A DNA stretch of 63,716 bases, the filler included, from Olpidium bornovanus S191 (Eukaryota; Fungi; Olpidiomycota), in the NCBI GenBank assembly GCA_017911155.1. It is 25 parts of 25 records of this genome, joined end to end, with 100 filler letters (N's around TTAATTAATTAA, not from the genome) between each part and the next. Parts side by side here need not be neighbours in the genome. Positions count along the whole stretch, not along the records: positions 1 to 3,804 come from JAEFCI010008349.1; positions 3,905 to 5,332 come from JAEFCI010010485.1; positions 5,433 to 7,254 come from JAEFCI010010016.1; positions 7,355 to 10,145 come from JAEFCI010010127.1; positions 10,246 to 14,673 come from JAEFCI010000604.1; 20 more parts are not named here. The stretch is one strand, 5' to 3'. Position numbers and translations under genes: made by a program. Each line of letters starts with the position of its first letter. The stretch's first letter is position 1. The notes under the pieces were generated by a model, which worked only from the letters and a program-made list of their open reading frames with translations, did not search any database and had not been told where the DNA came from. Positions 1-10,989 of this stretch are shown piece after piece.

Positions 1-749
1 CCGGCGGCTTTCAACGACGTAACAAGACTTCCACTTCTCCAAAATGAAGCTGTTTTGGGGAATTTGAGATCAGGATCTCGGGGCGAGGGGGGGTGGAGGG
101 TGGAGGAATGGTGTGCCATGAATCGCTGTGCTGGGTGTTGGCTTCGCGTCCAGTGGTCTTGTTCCTCGGTTTTTCTGAATTGACTGTTGCTAAAAAGAAG
201 GACCGCTCGTCCATACTGAACGCACTTCTGCCATATTCCGCGGCATCCCGTGCAAGGTGGCCGTCCACGATCGACAGAATCCAGCGCCGGTGATTTTTTT
301 TGGGTATTCGTGCGCTGCATATGGTTTTTCCTTTTCTTTCTTTTGGGTAGGAAGGATTGGATCCACAAGGGATACACGCGAAGTGCGTTGCGCCCTGCGT
401 GGCACATCTATGATACCCGGGGAGCCGCCAGGGTCTGGTTCATACGGCTTCCTGGTAATGCGAGTAACCGGGCCGACGTATACCACAGAATGCCGGAGCG
501 GACGGATAAGAACACCTCGATCGAGTCTTAAAGGCCGACGCGATACAGGTTGGCCGAGAGGGAACTTTTTTTGTGGGAAAAACGCATGCCCTACTTTACA
601 CCCGTCCCTGCATATCGACAAAACCACAAATTGAGCGACAAAAGGAAGCGGCCGCAGGCGCGCGGGCCTGGGGGTCGCGCGAAATTCCGCCTCAACGCGC
701 GATATTTCCCCCCTCCCGAACGGAGGACTACCCGGGGCCCTCCCCTCAC

Positions 750-2977
750 CTTGGATGTCGATGACCTGAAAGGTTTTCCTCGCTTGCACCCACGCCTGCA
801 GCGAGTTTTTACAGTCCACGTGGGGCGGCGGGGCGGCGGTCTTGGCCTTCTTCGACTTCTTGCCGCCGGAAGAGGGGGCGGCGGCGGTGGTGATGTACAG
901 CGTACCGAACGCGTCGAGGAATTTTCTGCACTCGGCCGTGGACCCGAAGCCCAGCTCCCGGCGGAGGAAGCGGACCTCGACCTGGTGCCTGTACCTGTCA
1001 TGTACGTTTTCCCGGGGAGATGGGAGAAACCGGAAAATTAAACGGGGAACGTCCCTGCCCGCGGAGCTACTTCTTCCGTAAGCCGAAAGCGGGCGTCCAA
1101 GCCGAGAAGGATAAAAAAAAAGTCTACCCACGCGGTGCAGATGACGACCATGGAGGCGACCCGTTCCCTCTCTATAAACCGGTCCATGAGATAGCCGCCC
1201 ATGTCCGGCGCGCGGTTGTACAGATTGAACAGGGCGTGGTAGTCCCCGTTCGCGAGCGCCGACCTGACCGCGAGAGCGTGCTTGACATTGGGGTCCTCTC
1301 TCTCGGCTCGCCCGAGGCGGGCCATGAGCGAATTCATCTCTGGTTCAGCACAAGTTTTTGAGCGGCAGAGGGGGGGGGGAAAGCGCCACGGGGCGTCCAT
1401 TACCAGCGGCCGGGGGCACCTTTCTCCCCTCCTCCCACGTTTTGCGGCTTGGGTTCGATCCAACTTTTACGAACCTGCACGGTTTCGAGTGTGCAGCAAG
1501 TACAAAATCTGGTACGCGGTAAATTCCATTCGGTTTCCCGATATGTTGCGCTCGTACAAACTTTTGAGTTGGGATTGGCACTGGTTGTACTCTCCCAAGT
1601 CGCCCTGGAACAGAGGTGGGATTAGATTCATCTCGCACTCCCTCAGGGAGTTTGACGGCTTCGCCGCCCGCAAAACAGGGGCCTCCAAGACGACGGGGGG
1701 CGAACGCTTCACGATCGCGCGAGGCAAAATATTTTTGGGGGTTACCTTTTCGAGCGCCAGCCGCGCGTGAACTTCGTACACCTGCACGGTAAACTCGTTC
1801 TGGATCCGCTGCACCTGAACGGTGTGCCGACGCCTGATGAGCAAGCAGTCCCGGGCCGGTCACGCAGAGCGGAATACACAAGACCCACTGTCAAGTCCTG
1901 CCGCATAGACTTGAACTGGTCGCACAGGTACGAGTAGTCCTCGCCAGATTTCCACTTGTCCTTCAGCAGCACCAACGTCTGCCGGAGAACAGAGAGCGGC
2001 CGGACCGTGGAGGGGTCTGGGGCCTGGACCCACCATACGCAGTAAGTACAGGCGGGAGGAGGGGGGAGGCGGGGAGTGTCCGCAAAGTCACGACTGACCG
2101 ACGTCAACCGGAAATATTCCTTTTCCAATACTGTGCAAGTTCCCACAATGGTATGCAGGTCCCAGTCCAGAACAGCCTAAACAGATCAACAAAGAAGATG
2201 TCAACAGTGTCGTTGATTGGACTTCTCGGGGAACGGCGAAAGCCCGCACTCACGCGCTTTTGCTCGCCGGACGCAGGTGCCGGCGACGCAGTCGAGCGCC
2301 GTAAGACAGCGCTCTGGGCAGGCAGAAAGCGCCGCAGTCGCTTCGCTCTGTGCGCCTGCTCGGTTTGGCCGTCTGCTGTCGATCTGTCGCGAGGACCCGT
2401 CGACTTCGGCATGTCACGATTCCGTAGAGTTGCACTCCCGGTCACGGCCGCGCCGCTCCCGCGTTACCGCGCCCCTCCCCTCTTCGCTCCGAGCGAAGGA
2501 GCACCGCGCCAGGTACCTTACTCTTTTTGCACAAGATTCACCACCGGCGCACGGGCTGGCGATTGCAAAACGTCGGGGGCGTCAGACTAACCGCGGGACG
2601 CGCGTCCGTGGACGCCCGGGGTCGAACTTGCCTCGGCAGCGGGCGGTTGTGCCAGTCCACGTCCTCCAGGTTTCCCGCCCGCACCGCGTCCCTAACGATC
2701 GACTGCAGCTCCTTCTCGACCTCGTCCCGGTTCGAGCTGTTGCACGCTCCGAACGCTCGGCTCACCCAAGCCCTGGAACAATGGCGTCCGTCGCGCGAGG
2801 ACACCGGAGCGTAAGCCGGCGACGTCCAACCCAAACAGTCCACCCCCTCCTTCCCGAACCGCCCCCTCCATCAGCAGTTCCCCCGCCTTGAGAAGGCTTT
2901 GGCGGCCCGGCGGGCATCCCGGCTGGCGACAGAAGTGCTCCGCGTACATCAGCGAGGGCGGCCACTTCATTGAGCCT
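750..2977 (-). CDS. THP3: SAC3/GANP/THP3 family PCI-domain protein (THP3/LENG8-like), multi-exon; further 5' exons probably lie in 3000-3804 and the last small exon is not mapped
   Basis: Spliced GT-AG exons read KWPPSLM|AWVSRAFG...[33 protein letters not shown]|APDPSTVRP...[15 protein letters not shown]|[22 protein letters not shown]|[17 protein letters not shown]...[11 protein letters not shown], and end FQVIDIQG. These are characteristic THP3/LENG8 motifs. Confidence 0.88.
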
Positions 2978-3804
2978 GACGACTCGGCGGGTTTCTCGCA
3001 ATAAACCCGGTGTGCCACACGCCACCGCCGTCCCGCAAGACAAGCCGGTGTCGGTCCCTTCCCGCGGTCGGGGTGTGCGGCGGAGAGCGGTTGGCGGGGC
3101 CGCCGGAGAGGCAGTTTCGTGCGTTTTAAGACCGCGGGAGAAACCAAAAAAAAAAAAAAAAAAAAATCTGTCCCCTTGGGAGGGACCCTTCTCCGCCTTG
3201 CCTCGAAGGCACCGGTTAGATCATCGACGCCGACGGAGACGAACACATTCTCGATGGAGTCTGGGTGTTTCACGGCAGAGGTGTCGATGCTCTCTCGGTC
3301 ACGGAGACGCCGCTTTCGCGGTTTGCCGAGCGCACATGCCTCACTCTCCTCCCCGCACACGTACACGTGGCAGGCCTTCCCGGCGGCGCGCCTCGCGTTC
3401 ACCGCCCTTGGGGCTTCGTCGTGTTTGTTCGCCGCGGCTGCATTTACTCTCGGCGTGATGCCGATTTTGCCAAGGCCGCCGATCGGGCCCGTCATCACGG
3501 CAGGGGATTTGGCCGTGGCGGAAGAAAAAAAAATGACGCTTCGGGACCAAAACGCCCGCATTCGGAACCAATCCGCGGACGCGCTCTTCTCCACCGTAGA
3601 CGCGGTTTTTGGTTACAAGGCATGCGATTGTGGCGCTGCCGACGCAGGGTGCGATGATTTGGTCCGGCTAATGTGCCGTTGGCCCATGACGTCCTCGCCG
3701 GGGTAGTTCCCTCGCCGATGCTCGCAGCCGCGTTGATGGAACACATTTCGACGACGCAGGAGAATCCGTACCCCGCGATAAGTCGTGCCGCAGGGTCGTA
3801 CGAA

Positions 3805-3904
3805 NNNNNNNNNNNNNNNNNNNNNNNNNNNNNNNNNNNNNNNNNNNNTTAATTAATTAANNNNNNNNNNNNNNNNNNNNNNNNNNNNNNNNNNNNNNNN
3901 NNNN
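3805..3904. other. Artificial contig spacer (first of 24): 44 N + TTAATTAATTAA + 44 N
   Basis: Identical 100-bp linker with stops in all six frames, starting at 3805, 5333, 7255, 10146, 14674, 16384, 17685, 19833, 23312, 25354, 27919, 32349, 37114, 39263, 41168, 42480, 44141, 45795, 47023, 52476, 55388, 57318, 59707 and 61974. Confidence 0.99.
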
Positions 3905-4465
3905 CATGACAAACGATTCGCCCCGCACTGCCTCGCAAACTCAAGGCCAGTCCTCGTCTTGCGGGAGGTAGTCGTCGTCTTTCAAGCACCGATTGCTTAT
4001 GCGCCGGACCCGCGTATTCATCCAAAGGAGGCCTTCCTCTCCCTCCTACGGTTTGATTTTCCGGAGAACTCCGCCCTTTTTCTGGACCAAGCGCTTTTCA
4101 CTAACATTCCAAGTCGAGTCTCACGCACAACGCCAGACTGCAGAAACCACAGCGCCGAACCTTAAATGCAAAACCGCATCTGCGCGGTAGCGGCGGACAG
4201 AACAGGCGCACTGAAAGCCGGCTAAAACCAACCCGAACCCCACTCTTTTGGGGGAAGGCTATGTCAGGCGCTGACAGTGTGTGTGCCCCCGGGTCGCCCT
4301 GAACGTCAAGTGCACAAGGCTGTTCAAAAGGCTTACGTCGGAGCGGGTGGGTCTGGTGTGTGCAAGTTGCGCGCGAAACCGAGACCCGGACAAGCCGCGC
4401 GCCCCGGTTGGCGAATTTGTCGTAGCACTCGCAACTCCGCCGCCAGGTCCGCTGCCAACTTCTGG

Positions 4466-4639
4466 CGGAGCGTCCCCGCCGTGCGTGAGCAGGCGGGGGC
4501 CGAAACGACGCTGCGCCCTGACTCGGAGCGTCTCCGCCGTGCGTGATCAGGTGGGTGCCGAAACGACGCTGCGCCCTGATTCGGAGCCCCCCCGCCGTGC
4601 GTGAGCAGGCGGGTGCCGAAACGACACTGCGCCCCGATT
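4466..4639. repeat. 58-bp imperfect tandem repeat, 3 copies
   Basis: CGGAG anchors at 4466, 4524 and 4582. Unit is approximately CGGAGCGTCCCCGCCGTGCGTGAGCAGGCGGGGGCCGAAACGACGCTGCGCCCTGACT. The period is not a multiple of 3. Confidence 0.9.
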
Positions 4640-5432
4640 TTCAAAGAGTGCGCCCGACGGCTGCATAACACGCGGTCAGCCGGCGGCCGCGTTATTATTC
4701 TAGCTTAATAGAATTATTTCTCCCGTGCTGCTAGGCTTCGAAAACATTTCACGCCAGGTTTGCTGGAAAGCTGCCACGTAGCAGGCCGAGAGTAGCGTAA
4801 TGAATACGCTGCGTGTCCGCACCCTCAGGCATCCATGCCAGCCAGAAGGTGATGTACGTACTCGCCACGGTCCGTCATGAGCCGGCCTGGGTCAGGGGCT
4901 GCGGCAGCTGGATCATTTTCAATGCAGATCCGCCCATACGTCGGCGGCAGCCTGGCGAAATTTCTACAAACGCACCACATCGGAAATGCTGCCCGGACCA
5001 GCAATTCTCATTCAGCACCTCCCGTGATATCCGGCGATCGCACCTTTGGGTATCCCATATCCGACAAACCATAATATCCGGAACTTGCATTCCGGCCGAA
5101 CGACATGAGAAGTAAATTGAATCGTGCGAGGATTAGAGGTGCGAGTTTTTTGACTGAAGCAACATAAAGGGATTATGCAATCGAGATAATTTGAGACGGC
5201 GGACAAGACGACATGGCAGCCGGCGAAACTCAATGCCTAAAGTTTAACAAATCTCATCAGGCACGACCGACTGTTGCGGCGGACCTGAACCCCAGCGGCT
5301 GGAGGAAGGGAAGTTGCTTGAGCGCCCGCGAANNNNNNNNNNNNNNNNNNNNNNNNNNNNNNNNNNNNNNNNNNNNTTAATTAATTAANNNNNNNNNNNN
5401 NNNNNNNNNNNNNNNNNNNNNNNNNNNNNNNN

Positions 5433-6731
5433 GGCGAAGCTCCCCGAGCGCACGCGCTCCAGGAAACCGGGGTACCGGAACGAGGACAGGCCGCCCTCGG
5501 ATGCGGTCACGCGCTTGATGACCGCGTACGGAAAGTACCCGTAGTACGACATGTGCATTCCGCCAAGCAAGTAGTTCCCGGAGGTGCCCCGCCCGCGGCT
5601 GAGCGCGACGCCGCCGCCGCCGCCGCAGCGGGCGGGCTCGAGGTCCTCCGCCGTCAGGGTGTAGAACGTGGGATCGCCCAGCGTGTACCGGTGGCCCGGG
5701 ACGGGCCAGTCGGTGCTGAAGGCCTTGTCGACCCGGCCGAACGGGAACCATATGCCGACGTCCACGGCGTGCGCCTTCGTGTGGCACGACCGCAGCAGCC
5801 GGAGGACCTCCCTGCTCGGCACTTCGTCCGCGTCGCCGAAGCCCAGGACGTCTCCCGGCCTGAACGCGCCCGTGGCGGCGTTCCAGTGCACGATCTTCTC
5901 GTACCGCCGCCGGTCCTGCAGCAGCTCCAGCGCGAAGAGGTCGGTTTTGTTCCCCGCCCCCGGGGCGACGGCTTCCAGGGCCTCCTGGTCGTCGACGACC
6001 AGGTGGACCACCTTGGGCAGGAACCTGCGGAACCGCCGCTGGCGCCGCAGCGCCTCCCACATCAGCGGCTTCCGGACCATGTCCTTGTGCGTGAGCGTCG
6101 ACTCCAGGATGAAGAAGTAGTCGACCAGGTCGTACACCTCGTTGAGGTGCACCTCCAGCACGTCCGCGTCGAACCCGAGCTGGACGGCGTGCCCCACCGT
6201 CGCCGGGGCGTCCCGCCGCGCGCCGGTGAGGGCGGTGGGGTGCCCGGAGCAGTTCCCCTCGCCGGGCGGCGGCGGCGGGCCGCAGGTCGAGTTCGCCGGC
6301 GCGGGCGGCGGAACGGTCAGCTGGCGGGCCAGGAAGTCCACCAGCAGCTGCTCGTATCGCGCCTGGGCCTCGCCCTCCGCCGCCACGATGGCCTCCCACG
6401 GCAGCTTCGCGAACGCCTCCGCGAACGACGACGGGGGCCGCCGGGCCGCGTGGGGGCCTGCGGCCTCCGGCGCAGACGGAGGAAAGGGCGGCGGCGGCGG
6501 CGGCTCGCTCGCGCGGGCCGGAGGGCCGGCCCCGTGCGGGTGCTTCGGGCGCTCGACGGACCGCTGCGCCGGCGGCCCCGGCGGGTCGCCGACGCCGCCG
6601 TCCTCCCCGTCGGCGGGGGACCGGCGCAGGCGGCGCGGGGGCGCCGCCGCAAGCCACATGACGGCGAGGGCAAGGCCCAGGCCGAGAAGGCCCGCAGCCT
6701 TCAGCACGTGGGGCCACCGCAAAAACCGCAT
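5433..6731 (-). CDS. Glycosyltransferase family 17 (beta-1,4-GlcNAc transferase III/MGAT3-like), type II membrane protein, intronless over the visible part, 3'-truncated
   Basis: ATG at 6731, N-terminal hydrophobic anchor (AAGLLGLGLALAVMWLAAA), Pro-rich stem, then LEVHLNEVYDLVDYFFILESTLTH...RKPL, a GDADEVP DxD motif and GGMHMSY, matching the GT17 layout. Confidence 0.85.
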
Positions 6732-9700
6732 TGCGAGGTCGGAACCCCGGTTCCCCTTTTTGCTCGGGCCGTCCGAAATGGCGACGGACCCCCGACAGCT
6801 GCGGCCGGGTGGAGTGAAAAACGGGTTGTCCGCGCCCGTCCGCAGCCGACCAGCTCTCTCTTTCTCTCAGGCCGGACATGTATTATTATTATTTATAAAC
6901 GCGACAAATTGGGGGGCGCGCCCGGAGCGGGAAGGGGGGGAAAGTGCGGGTTGTAACCATGGAAACGGCCGCGTCCGCCGAGGTGTGCGTGTATGGGGAG
7001 AGAGAGTGCGGAGGGTGGGAGGGGGCGGGGAGAGAAGGCCGGTGGGCTGCACGGGAGCCGGACGCCAATCCGGCAAAGTCACCATGGCACCTCGAACTAG
7101 TGACATCGGCGGAGGAAGGCAGCAGCGACGTCGCATGACGTCTTCTGGAGTGCCCGCCGCAGCAAGCCGCCGGTGGCGAACCTGCGAAGGGAGGGTCGCC
7201 CGGGCTCGTTCCGTTTTCGTGGCCGGTGGTGAGTCACGGTACCCCCGTACGCACNNNNNNNNNNNNNNNNNNNNNNNNNNNNNNNNNNNNNNNNNNNNTT
7301 AATTAATTAANNNNNNNNNNNNNNNNNNNNNNNNNNNNNNNNNNNNNNNNNNNNAATACTCCGGTGAATAATGTCACGAATACAACAAATCCTGCCGCGT
7401 TTTGCGGGCCCGCCCTCAGCGACTCCGCCCCGGCTCGATCTCGGGCTCGGACGTGCGCAACGTACGCGATTCATGGATCAATGTACAAAATGTACGACGT
7501 GCGAGCTGGTTGCCACGGTGTGCGGCATAAACATGAGTCGGGCCGCTCGGATTTTTGGGAGAGATAACCAGATTTGCGCGCTGTTACCCGCATAAAGCTT
7601 GCGGAACATGCCCAAGGTTAAACGTACGCAACGCGTACCGCGCGCAACGGGTAACGCGGCGTGTGGTGTAAACTTCCTGTGGTGTGGCGGGGCCCCCGGG
7701 GCGCTCGGGGGTTGGCCCCGCCGGGTAGGAGTAGGCGGCGGGGACGGGGCCCCGCCAAAATCCGCAAAATTTCGACGGTATTGTCGCCAGCTCCACGCAG
7801 GACGGTTTGACTGCCAAAACTTCCTGTGCTGCGCGTATTCTTGGACCATAGGTGCGGTGGGAATTTCTTTCGCTTCTCAAAGCACGGGCAGAAAGCCAAG
7901 AATCAGGCCTGTCTTCTGAGATTTCTTGTATTTTCAACCAGCTGAGAGGAGGGGAGGGGAAGTACCTTCGTGCTTCTCAGAAGAGCCTGGTTGGGACCCA
8001 CCGAACGAAAAAAGGAAGAAAGGAAAGAAGGAGGCAGCGGTCAGCGCATTGGCGAGCAACCCGATGACGGCGCCGGCTTCGGCGGAGGCGCCGGCAGGCA
8101 CGCCAACTTTGGCGGCAGGCGGGCCAGTTATGGCTGCAAGCGCGCCAGTTTTGATATCTCGAGATGACGTATGTCGAGACGGCTAGCGTCAAGACAAATG
8201 GCAGCACTACCGATCCACAAATCTGGTTCACGCGGAAGCGTTCCCCACCGCCAGACCACCCTGGCTCGGCTTAAAAGGTCTGTAGCTACAAAAGGACTCA
8301 AAGTGCACTCAGTTTTGGTAACTCCGCTTATTCCTAGCAGTCGCACCGCACGTCACACGCGGCCGCGAGCCGGACCTGACTTTCGCCAAACAGGGAGGGC
8401 ACATTCAAAAATCGATTGCTGCTGAGGGTTGCTCCGGCTTTCCGCCGTTTAGCGTGGCTGCAGGACACAGTACTTGCGGTGAAAAGATAATACAGGGACG
8501 CCGCCGCAACGGGCAACGTTGCCCGCGCCATTGCCCACGCTGAGATCGCGGATCGCCCCCGAGCCCCTTTGGGCCGTTCCTGCCTCTTAAACACGCTCGA
8601 AATCATCGACAATGCAAGGCATCGCACGTATTAGGAGTGCGAGGCATGTAAAGTCCAAACGTAAGCAAGCGACGTTTTTGAATTCGCACAGGCATGTGAA
8701 ACCCATATGGCGAGCATTATTCCACAAACAATGGGCGCTTCTTCTAATTCTCGGCGAGGTCGAAGTTTATACCTTTATGTCCGCGGACACCCGGCAAAAC
8801 GCTTCGATGTTTGTTTGCCCGGCCTCCAAGTGCTGTAATGTGTAAGCTATCGGTGGTGGCTTGAGTTTCTGCCAGACACAGCGGGTTCACCGAGTGAATA
8901 TTAAACATGCCTGCAGTAATGTGCGTTTCTTAAAGCAGTCAGGGCGAGAGAAAAGAAGCGCTATAGATCTTGGTGCGGTACGGACACTGGCTTTGGCTCC
9001 AGTAAGCCGGGCCGGCGGGGTCATCTCAAATCGTTAGAAGGAAGCGGTAGCGGCGCTAAATTTTCAAACCGGGCAGGGCACGTAATTTTCACCCGACCGC
9101 GCACCGTTCTTCTCTAGACAGCAGAAAAAAGCGGTAACTGGCCGTCCGCGGAACGCCCGTCGCAACAAGGATGGACAGTCGAGGAACAAACGCGCATTAG
9201 TGAGGCGCCGGAGCACCCGGCATCGTTCGTGTGCTTGCAGTTGCAAGAGAACTTTGCGGCCGTTCACAGAAACGCGTCGTCCGATTAAACGTCGCGAGCC
9301 AACTTAAAATCAGCATGTGATTTTTTGATTTTCCACCGTTGCTTGCGCCGCCGACTTTTAGATCGCAGGTCAGAATAGGCGCTGCTTTTGGCCAAATTAG
9401 AGTATGCCGGTTCGTGCACGATGGCGACGCAAAATATCGCCGCGCAGTAACTCGGCAGCTGTCGAACTCGCCTGGGTGGTTTGCAAGTACACGCATCAAA
9501 TTTGAATAAAAGCAACACGTCAATTTGGGGATATGTATGATGACTTGCGCGCATCCTCTGGCGTCACATGTTGCGATCAAAGCAGCTGGTTGGAGAGGAA
9601 AAAAAAAAAGTAAACCGGGACCCCCCCGCTTTCGCCATCCGGGACGCTGGCGGAGTCGGGCCGGGTTGGGGAAAAGGCGAGCGGGGCCGGAGGGGGGTTG

Positions 9701-10989
9701 TTGGGTTGGAGGCGGAGCAATGCCGCTCGCTCACGGCAGAGTCACGGCAGAGCGCTCCGAGTTTTCCGGCTTGTGGCGATTTTTGCAGTGAAGAATAATG
9801 ACGACTTTTTTCCCTCCTCACCGTCATCCTAATTTGGGGTGAAATTTGCCGATTGCAGGAAACGCGCGTCATTTTACGACGGACGGTCACCTTTAGACAA
9901 GCGCGGGTGGGGGGGTTCGTCGGAATTGACGCCCAGTAGATACGAAAATCATCCGAAAGTCCCCCGTATATAAAAACCGCAAAGTACTAACCGCAGGACT
10001 TGGGAGCCCAGGCCAAAACCCCAGAACCGAACAAGTGAGTGGTCTGCTTACCGCGCAAGAACGTCATTTAGAGTCGTTTTGTATAACTCCGTGCTCCAGG
10101 ACATTCATACTTCCAGTAAAAAAAAAACAAAATAAGGAAATCATGNNNNNNNNNNNNNNNNNNNNNNNNNNNNNNNNNNNNNNNNNNNNTTAATTAATTA
10201 ANNNNNNNNNNNNNNNNNNNNNNNNNNNNNNNNNNNNNNNNNNNNCATGTCTGGTTCTGCTTCGAATTCTGCTTTCTTAATTTGATTCAGGATCTGCGTG
10301 TGCGGCGCAAGGGTAAAAAAGGACTCTGAAAATTAACACTTTAAAGGTTAGTATCAGGCGTAACCCTGGCGCTATTTCTGAGGGAGTGAATTTCGTAACA
10401 CATTAGTTACATTATACATTTTCCCTTGTGTTGCTTTTGGGATGCCCTTTTTTGTATTACGACTCTCTCGATTGTGGGACACTTTCTGTTTTGATTTTTG
10501 GATTTTGGCCATGTTGGCCCCCTATCTCTGCTAACTTATGCCTCCACTAACTTATAGAAAACCGCGGCGATGACGCTTATAAGTTAGCGAAGGTATGACT
10601 GTATTTACTGAAATCCAATTCGGGTTTTGATTTTTCTCGGAAAGTCCGTGGGCTCGCCAACCGAAAATCCCGATGCAAAAGAAGGCAAATCCTTGGATGG
10701 GAGAACGCATTGGCCGTTACGTATGCGCTTTGGATCAACTCGCATGCCGCCTTCCGCAACGGCTTCTCTCCTCCCCGGCGATTCAGGTGGCGCGAAGTCC
10801 GCGGCTCATTCTGGCAGGCGGCGTGATTCATGGCCGCCTTAGGTTAGCTTAACAAACGGCAGCTCCTTGCCCCCCTTCTCCCGAACGCAATCAAAAGCTT
10901 TGCAATAAAAAAAGAAAGCCTGGTAATATTATCCCTGATTTCTCCTCACTTCTCCTCTTTTATTCTTCTCTTTTCGAAACGCATTCTTT

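Noticed and set aside
3849-3860. Regularly recurring TTAATTAATTAA flanked by N as a biological repeat or CRISPR-like array
   Set aside because: It is an identical synthetic six-frame-stop linker. Gene neighbourhoods across it are not real, so no cluster or operon was inferred.
4466-4639. 58-bp repeat as a CRISPR array or hammerhead ribozyme (contains CTGA and GAAAC)
   Set aside because: Units are contiguous with no unique spacers and there are no cas genes. The hammerhead core CUGANGA is absent on both strands.
5377-6956. Long overlapping ORFs (500 aa on -, 467 aa on +) over the GT17 gene
   Set aside because: These are shadow ORFs caused by extreme GC3 bias. They are R/G/P/A-rich and have no motifs.
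8510-8525. Perfect 16-bp palindrome CGGGCAACGTTGCCCG
   Set aside because: About one such palindrome is expected by chance in a window of this size, and it has no supporting context.
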